Shown: positions 48,928 through 54,534 of the stretch, piece after piece
How the letters are laid out: each line of letters begins with the position of its first letter
Numbering within the stretch: the first letter of the stretch is position 1
Origin: Bacteroidia bacterium
GTDB taxonomy: Bacteria > Bacteroidota > Bacteroidia > Flavobacteriales > Flavobacteriaceae
Direction: 5' to 3'
Length of the DNA stretch: 54,534 bases
NCBI GenBank assembly: GCA_030430615.1
Contig: JAUIKV010000001.1
Coordinates: 1-54,534, forward strand
Translations under genes and position numbers: made by a program
Notes under the pieces: generated by a model
Seen by the model: the letters and a program-made list of their open reading frames with translations, nothing else
Told to the model about the DNA's origin: nothing
Database searches by the model: none

Positions 48928-50250
48928 CTATAGGTCCAGATCAAGTTCGACGTCAAGCTTTTCTGCCAATAATTTGACAATCCTCGATTTGAGGGCCGGG
49001 ATCTTGATTTTCTCGACAGCTTCGTTGCAAAAGGCGAAAAGCATCAGCCCTTTGGCTTCCTTTTTCGGAATGCCTCTGGATTGCATGTAGAACAGAGCTC
49101 TTTCATCTAACTGGCCAATAGTGCAACCGTGCGAGCATTTCACATCATCCGCAAAGATCTCCAACTGAGGCTTTGTGTTGATGCTAGACTTGTCACTAAT
49201 GAGGATATTGTCATTTTGCTGGAAGGCATTTGTTTTTTGTGCCTCCTTGTCAACAATTACTTTGCCATTGAAAACACCCGTAGACCTACCATCAAAAATT
49301 CCTTTATACAGCTCGTGACTTTCACAGTTCTCGTGCTTGTGATGCACCAGGGTATGATTGTCGACGTGCTGCTTGTCGCTGATCACGGTAATGCCATTCA
49401 GATTTGAAGTAATGTGCTGCCCTTCATGGTGGAACTCCAGGTTGTTCCTGATGAGATTGCCTCCGAATGAATAGGTGTTTACCGACACGATACTGCTATC
49501 TTTCTGCTGTACAAACGTGTTGTCAATAAGTGATGAGGTGGATCGATCATTTTGAATCTTATAGGCATCCACAATAGCACGCTTCGCAGCAAAAATCTCC
49601 GTGACTGCATTGGTCAACACCACGTTCTCGCTAAGGCTCTGATGCCTCTCATAAATCTGTACATGCGAGTTCTCACCGACGACAATCAGATTGCGCGGTT
49701 GCAACATGATTTCCTTTTCGCTTCCCGTTGAAAAATAAAGCACCTGGATAGGCTTCGGTAGCACGGTATTCTTTGGGATATTAACAAATACACCTTCTTT
49801 GGAGAAGGCAGTATTCAATGACGTCAAACTGTCATTTTTAGCGGCAACCGTACCAAAATAATGATCGATGACCATTTTGTATTTGGGTTGCTTAAGAGCT
49901 GATGAAAGAATGCAGATGTCAGCACCTTCATGGGTCGTATCCGAAAGAAAGGAACTGTAAACACCATCGACAAACACAATTTTGTACGACTCGATCTCAT
50001 GAAGGAAATACTTTTTGACTTCCCTGAATTCGATCGCGGTTTCAGCTTTTGGGAAAACGCTGTAATCCGACTTTAACAGGCTGTTCAGAGAAGTGTATTT
50101 CCACTCCTCGTCTTTCCGGGTAGGAAACCCATTCTGCTCAAATCTTTCAATGGCTTCAGTGCGGATTCCGTGAACTTTGGAATCCAGGTCGACAGAGCCC
50201 TTGTTTTCAAAGGCCATGAATGAGGCCAATAATTTGTCTTTTAAATCCAT
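48928..50250 (-). CDS. sufD: Fe-S cluster assembly protein SufD
   Basis: FPTRKDEEWKYT, VFNGKV, AQKTNAFQ, KPQLEIFADDVKCSHG, FYMQSRGI. Confidence 0.96.
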   Translation of the reverse strand: MDLKDKLLASFMAFENKGSVDLDSKVHGIRTEAIERFEQNGFPTRKDEEWKYTSLNSLLKSDYSVFPKAETAIEFREVKKYFLHEIESYKIVFVDGVYSSFLSDTTHEGADICILSSALKQPKYKMVIDHYFGTVAAKNDSLTSLNTAFSKEGVFVNIPKNTVLPKPIQVLYFSTGSEKEIMLQPRNLIVVGENSHVQIYERHQSLSENVVLTNAVTEIFAAKRAIVDAYKIQNDRSTSSLIDNTFVQQKDSSIVSVNTYSFGGNLIRNNLEFHHEGQHITSNLNGITVISDKQHVDNHTLVHHKHENCESHELYKGIFDGRSTGVFNGKVIVDKEAQKTNAFQQNDNILISDKSSINTKPQLEIFADDVKCSHGCTIGQLDERALFYMQSRGIPKKEAKGLMLFAFCNEAVEKIKIPALKSRIVKLLAEKLDVELDLDL

Positions 50251-50265
50251 TTCTTTCAATAGATG

Positions 50266-51006
50266 TTAATTCTTCAACCAGTCATATCCTTTGTCCTCCA
50301 ACTCATGGGCCAATTCCTTGCCGCCAGATTTTACAATCTTTCCGTCGTGCAAAACATGTACGAAATCCGGGACGATGTATTCCAAAAGGCGCTGATAGTG
50401 CGTAATTACTATGACTGCATTATTCTCGTTCTTCAACTTGTTCACCCCATTGGCAACAATTTTCAAAGCGTCGATATCCAGACCCGAATCCGTTTCATCG
50501 AGTATGGCTAATTGAGGTTCCAGCATCGCCATCTGGAAGATCTCATTTCTTTTCTTTTCCCCTCCTGAAAAGCCTTCATTCAACGACCTCGAAAGGAATT
50601 TGCGATCCATGTCGAGCAATTGTGACTTTTCGCGGATCATCTTGAGCATGTCCTTGGCAGGAAGCTCATCGAGACCTTGCGCCTTACGCTTTGAATTGAT
50701 TGCAGTTTTGATAAAGTTCGTGGTGCTCACTCCGGGAATTTCTACCGGATACTGAAAGGACATGAAGATGCCTTTGTGTGCTCTTTCATCGGGTGCCAGC
50801 TCCAAGATGCTCTCGTTCTGGAACTCGATGTCACCTTCCATTACTTCATATGTTTCATTTCCTGCAATGACCGACGACAGGGTGCTTTTTCCAGAACCAT
50901 TCGGCCCCATAATGGCGTGGACCTCACCTGGTTTCACATCCAGATCAATTCCCTTGAGGATCTCACGGTCTTCAATCCCTGCGTGTAGATTTTTTATATG
51001 TAACAT
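50266..51006 (-). CDS. sufC: Fe-S cluster assembly ATPase SufC
   Basis: [43 protein letters not shown]. Confidence 0.97.
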   Translation of the reverse strand: MLHIKNLHAGIEDREILKGIDLDVKPGEVHAIMGPNGSGKSTLSSVIAGNETYEVMEGDIEFQNESILELAPDERAHKGIFMSFQYPVEIPGVSTTNFIKTAINSKRKAQGLDELPAKDMLKMIREKSQLLDMDRKFLSRSLNEGFSGGEKKRNEIFQMAMLEPQLAILDETDSGLDIDALKIVANGVNKLKNENNAVIVITHYQRLLEYIVPDFVHVLHDGKIVKSGGKELAHELEDKGYDWLKN

Positions 51007-51048
51007 GTTGCTCTTCACTTAATTCTTTATTATGACTTCTATCTAAAA

Positions 51049-51074
51049 ATTTGATTCTCGATATTTGATTCTCG
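51049..51074. repeat. Short direct repeat ATTTGATTCTCG x2 (14-nt period) in the sufB-sufC spacer
   Basis: Copies at 51049-51060 and 51063-51074. Confidence 0.6.
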
Positions 51075-51100
51075 GCAGTCATTCAACCGCACAATCTTGA

Positions 51101-52549
51101 TTATCCTACTGAACCTTCAAGCGATATCTCGAGTAGCTTCTGGGCTTCAACGGCAAACTCCATCGGTAATTTGTTCAATACTTCTTTGCTGAAACCATTG
51201 ACGATCAGGGCAATCGCTTTTTCTGTGTCAATACCTCTTTGATTGCAATAGAATAGCTGATCCTCACCAATCTTGCTCGTGGTTGCCTCGTGTTCAATCT
51301 GTGCCGTTTTATTTTTCGCTTCTATGTATGGAAAGGTGTGTGCACCACATTCATTGCCCATCAAAAGCGAATCACATTGCGAGAAATTACGGGCGTTATC
51401 GGCTCTGGAATTCACTTGTACTAATCCACGGTATGAATTCTGCGACTTACCGGCTGATATTCCCTTCGAAATAATCGTGCTTTTGGTATTCTTACCAAGG
51501 TGGATCATTTTGGTTCCGGTATCTGCTTGTTGGTAATTGTTGGTCACGGCAATCGAGTAGAATTCACCGATTGAATTGTCTCCTTTGAGGACGCAGCTTG
51601 GATATTTCCAGGTAACCGCACTACCGGTTTCAACTTGCGTCCAGGAAATCTTGGAATTGGTATGACAGATTCCCCTTTTGGTCACAAAATTGTAGACTCC
51701 TCCAGCACCTTCAGCATCACCGGGGAACCAATTCTGGACTGTTGAATATTTGATCTCCGCATCATCCAGGGCGATGAGTTCCACAACTGCTGCATGAAGC
51801 TGATTCTCATCTCTGGCAGGCGCCGTGCATCCCTCGAGGTAGCTCACATAACTCGCTTCGTCAGCGATTACCAGCGTTCTCTCGAACTGCCCGGTACCTC
51901 CTTCGTTTATCCTGAAATAGGTTGAAAGCTCCATAGGGCATTTCACACCCTTTGGGATATAGCAGAAAGATCCATCCGTAAAAACGGCTGAATTGAGAGC
52001 TGCGTAAAAATTATCCGTTTTAGGAACCACAGTTCCCAAATATTTTTTGACCAGTTCAGGATGTTCCTGTATCGCTTCAGATATTGGGCAGAAGATAATG
52101 CCCTTCTCCGCAAGCGTCTCCTTAAAGGTAGTCGCGACCGAAACCGAATCAACCACAATATCCATGGCTACTCCTGTCAATCGCTTCTGCTCATCGATCG
52201 AGATTCCCAATTTGTTGAAGGTTTTCAAGAGTTCCGGATCCACCTCGTCGAGGCTTTCGAGCTCTTTTTTCTTCTTGGGAGCGGAATAATAGCTAATAGC
52301 CTGAAAATCGGGTTTTTCATAACGGACATTCGCCCATTCCGGCTCCTTCATTTCTTTCCAGATACGAAAAGCTTCCAATCGCCATTCGGTCATCCATTGA
52401 GGCTCATTCTTTTTAGCAGAAATTCCCCGGATCACGTCTTCATTCAGACCTTTGGCAAAAGTATCCGATTCAATATCTGTATAGAAACCGTACTCGTATT
52501 CTTTAGTCTCGAGTTCCTTCTTTAGATCGTCTTCGGTGTATTTACTCAT
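51101..52549 (-). CDS. sufB: Fe-S cluster assembly protein SufB
   Basis: [54 protein letters not shown]. Confidence 0.98.
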   Translation of the reverse strand: MSKYTEDDLKKELETKEYEYGFYTDIESDTFAKGLNEDVIRGISAKKNEPQWMTEWRLEAFRIWKEMKEPEWANVRYEKPDFQAISYYSAPKKKKELESLDEVDPELLKTFNKLGISIDEQKRLTGVAMDIVVDSVSVATTFKETLAEKGIIFCPISEAIQEHPELVKKYLGTVVPKTDNFYAALNSAVFTDGSFCYIPKGVKCPMELSTYFRINEGGTGQFERTLVIADEASYVSYLEGCTAPARDENQLHAAVVELIALDDAEIKYSTVQNWFPGDAEGAGGVYNFVTKRGICHTNSKISWTQVETGSAVTWKYPSCVLKGDNSIGEFYSIAVTNNYQQADTGTKMIHLGKNTKSTIISKGISAGKSQNSYRGLVQVNSRADNARNFSQCDSLLMGNECGAHTFPYIEAKNKTAQIEHEATTSKIGEDQLFYCNQRGIDTEKAIALIVNGFSKEVLNKLPMEFAVEAQKLLEISLEGSVG

Positions 52550-52570
52550 AATTCGCTAGTTGAATACTGT

Positions 52571-52900
52571 TTAAAGTGAGAAACTCTCGCCGCATCCGCA
52601 GGTTCGGTTCGCATTCGGGTTTTTAAAAGTAAAGCCCGTTCCGTTTAGTCCACCGGAATAATCCAGCGTGGTTCCTACAAGGTATAAGAAACTTTTCTTG
52701 TCCACAATGATTCGCACATCGTTACTCTCAAATACCTTATCGCTTTCCTGTTCTTCCCTGTCAAAACTCAATTCATATGACAGACCTGAACAACCTCCGC
52801 TTTTTACACCGACTCGGATAAAATCCTTGGACGCGTCATAGCCATCCTCCGTCATCAGTTCGATGGCTTTCTTTTTGGCGTTTTCAGATACTTGTATCAT
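52571..52900 (-). CDS. sufA: A-type Fe-S carrier protein (SufA/IscA, HesB family)
   Basis: GGCSGLSY, NPNANRTCGCGESF. Confidence 0.93.
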   Translation of the reverse strand: MIQVSENAKKKAIELMTEDGYDASKDFIRVGVKSGGCSGLSYELSFDREEQESDKVFESNDVRIIVDKKSFLYLVGTTLDYSGGLNGTGFTFKNPNANRTCGCGESFSL

Positions 52901-52904
52901 AATA

Positions 52905-52936
52905 AATTAGATTCATTCTAAATAAATGCAAATATA
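52905..52936 (-). promoter_or_regulatory. 19-bp palindromic operator (Fur-like) just downstream of the sufA -7 element
   Basis: AATTAGATTCATTCTAAAT (52905-52923, + strand); TATATTTG -7 element at 52929-52936. Confidence 0.7.
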
Positions 52937-53325
52937 CGGCAAAATTGGCTCCTCAAAGACAATGCCGAAAAAAAAAGTAAGCTGAGAACACAATAAAAAA
53001 AAATTTTTTGCAGGAGAAAAAAGAGGCAATAATGGGGTTGACGGGCCGTTTCCGATATTAACAATTTTCTTGAGTTATTAACAGCTTGTAAAAAAGCTAA
53101 TGGACCTTCTCCAATAGGGATTCGATCATATTCTCATTTAAATTGTTGATAGACAAATAGTTAAATAAAACATAGGATATGAAGACCGATCCCCCCATGC
53201 TCGGTAGACTATCAAAAATTGACCATGTAATCCTGATTTCACAAGAGAATTCTGTGAAGTCGGGCTTTGGGTATATACCAGACAATAACAAAACCAAACA
53301 TACAGACTGTATGGATAAATTAACA

Positions 53326-54534
53326 ATGAACCCTAAAGAGAATTTTAATCTTTTCGAGCGAAAGAATTCGAAAAAGTCTCTCTATTCCTATAAAGGAATC
53401 CGAATCCTATTGTTGCTCGGACTTTTTCTCTTTTCAATTGGAATGTTTGCTCAAACTACCGGCGATTACAGGTCTGCTGGTTCTGGAAACTGGACCTCTC
53501 TAGGAACTTGGGAAAGATGGGACGGAGACTCATGGGAAACTCCAACCGTTGGACAAGGATACCCAGGCCAGATTCCAGGTGCGAATGACGTGACAATTCA
53601 ATCTAGCGATACAGTAGGATTAATCGGGTCAATTCCTGAATCTTTTAATTCTCTGATTGTGGAAGGTGAATTGGAAATAAATGGAGACTCTTCGCTGGAA
53701 ACTCAGATTTTTATAATTGCTTCAACGGGCTATATCGATTGGACCGGCAACACAAATTACGATTTGGAATTTCCGGCCAACGCATTGATATTAATCGAGG
53801 ATGGAGGATCATTAGATCAGGGAGGATCTTGTAGTGCAAACAGGGCAATCATTTTGGGCAGTGTAACGTATTCGGTTTGTAATCCAAATGCAGGAAATGA
53901 TGAAATATCATTTTCCGAGCTTGAGAATCAAGGGGGTAATGTAGAACTGAATCCTGGTTCAAATTCACCAATTTGTGAGGGTGAGGATCTTGAACTTTAC
54001 TCAGATATTCCAACTGTTGGCGATCCAAGCATTTACGATATAGTTTGGACTGGCCCCAACAGTTTCAATTCAACCCTTGAAGATCCTGTGGTCGCCGGTT
54101 TATCAGCAGGTAATTATACTTACACCCTAACAATAACTGTACTTGAATCTTATTCTTTTTCAGAAGATGTCGATGTTGTTGTAGATCAATCCCCGGTTGC
54201 TGAGGCTGGAACAAGTCAGGAGATTGCCTGTTCTGGAGGTACTGTGGCTTTAGATGGCACCGGTAGTTCCACCATAGATGTGAGCTACTTGTGGACAACT
54301 TCGGACGGAACTATTGATAGTGGTTCAACGACACTAACTCCAACAGTAAGTTCAGCAGGCACATATACTTTAACAGTTACAGATTTAGACTCTGGATGTC
54401 TAAGCTCCGATACAGTTGATGTTACGGAGCCCTCGGCATTGTCTCTTAGTGATACGGTTACCGATGTACTGATCAATGGTCAGTCGACAGGTGCGATTGA
54501 CATCACGGTAAGTGGTGGTACGAGTCCTTACACG
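53326..54534 (+). CDS. 5' part of a large secreted SprB-repeat/PKD-like surface protein (runs off the window; not in the ORF track)
   Basis: Translated by eye as open from ATG 53326 (or 53311) to the window end. Signal peptide ILLLLGLFLFSIGMFA-Q; DYRSAGSGNW..W..W motif; SNSPICEG..WTGPN and AGTYTLTVTD..GC Ig-like repeats; SprB repeat start TGAIDITVSGGTSPYT. Confidence 0.88.
   Translation, partial: MNPKENFNLFERKNSKKSLYSYKGIRILLLLGLFLFSIGMFAQTTGDYRSAGSGNWTSLGTWERWDGDSWETPTVGQGYPGQIPGANDVTIQSSDTVGLIGSIPESFNSLIVEGELEINGDSSLETQIFIIASTGYIDWTGNTNYDLEFPANALILIEDGGSLDQGGSCSANRAIILGSVTYSVCNPNAGNDEISFSELENQGGNVELNPGSNSPICEGEDLELYSDIPTVGDPSIYDIVWTGPNSFNSTLEDPVVAGLSAGNYTYTLTITVLESYSFSEDVDVVVDQSPVAEAGTSQEIACSGGTVALDGTGSSTIDVSYLWTTSDGTIDSGSTTLTPTVSSAGTYTLTVTDLDSGCLSSDTVDVTEPSALSLSDTVTDVLINGQSTGAIDITVSGGTSPYT

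Noticed and set aside
53055-53083. TTATTAACA and ATATTAACA (also at about 1570), DnaA-box-like
   Set aside because: Only one or two degenerate copies per spacer in AT-rich DNA; not enough for an origin or a regulatory call
53100-53140. GGGATTCGATC resembling a tRNA T-loop
   Set aside because: No cloverleaf or acceptor stem can be built around it

Overview
Gene-dense chromosomal window from a Bacteroidota bacterium, most likely Flavobacteriaceae. The evidence is TAnnTTTG -7 promoters, no obvious Shine-Dalgarno sites, a moxR-bat operon, an IPExxxVDY protein and an SprB-repeat protein. Most of it is housekeeping: PIN-PhoH, mfd, an AddA-like helicase-nuclease, cvpA, panB, moxR-DUF58-batABCDE, map, gpmI, phhA, pyk, rnc-fabF-acpP, purN-rnhA and a split suf locus (sufABCD ... 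sufS). It ends in the 5' part of a large secreted SprB-repeat protein that the ORF track misses. Four things stand out: (i) a metal-uptake operon with a DtxR/MntR repressor, a membrane-anchored DtxR-FeoA-FeoA fusion and a two-gene FeoB; (ii) an intact but catalytically dead, C-terminally truncated tyrosine-recombinase homologue; (iii) a YncD/PqqU-like TonB receptor directly upstream of a PQQ-dependent sugar dehydrogenase and translationally coupled to an amidase and an M14 peptidase; (iv) a shared 19-bp palindrome in front of both halves of the suf locus. I saw no rRNA, tRNA, CRISPR array or IS element. All product calls come from motif recognition by eye, not database searches.
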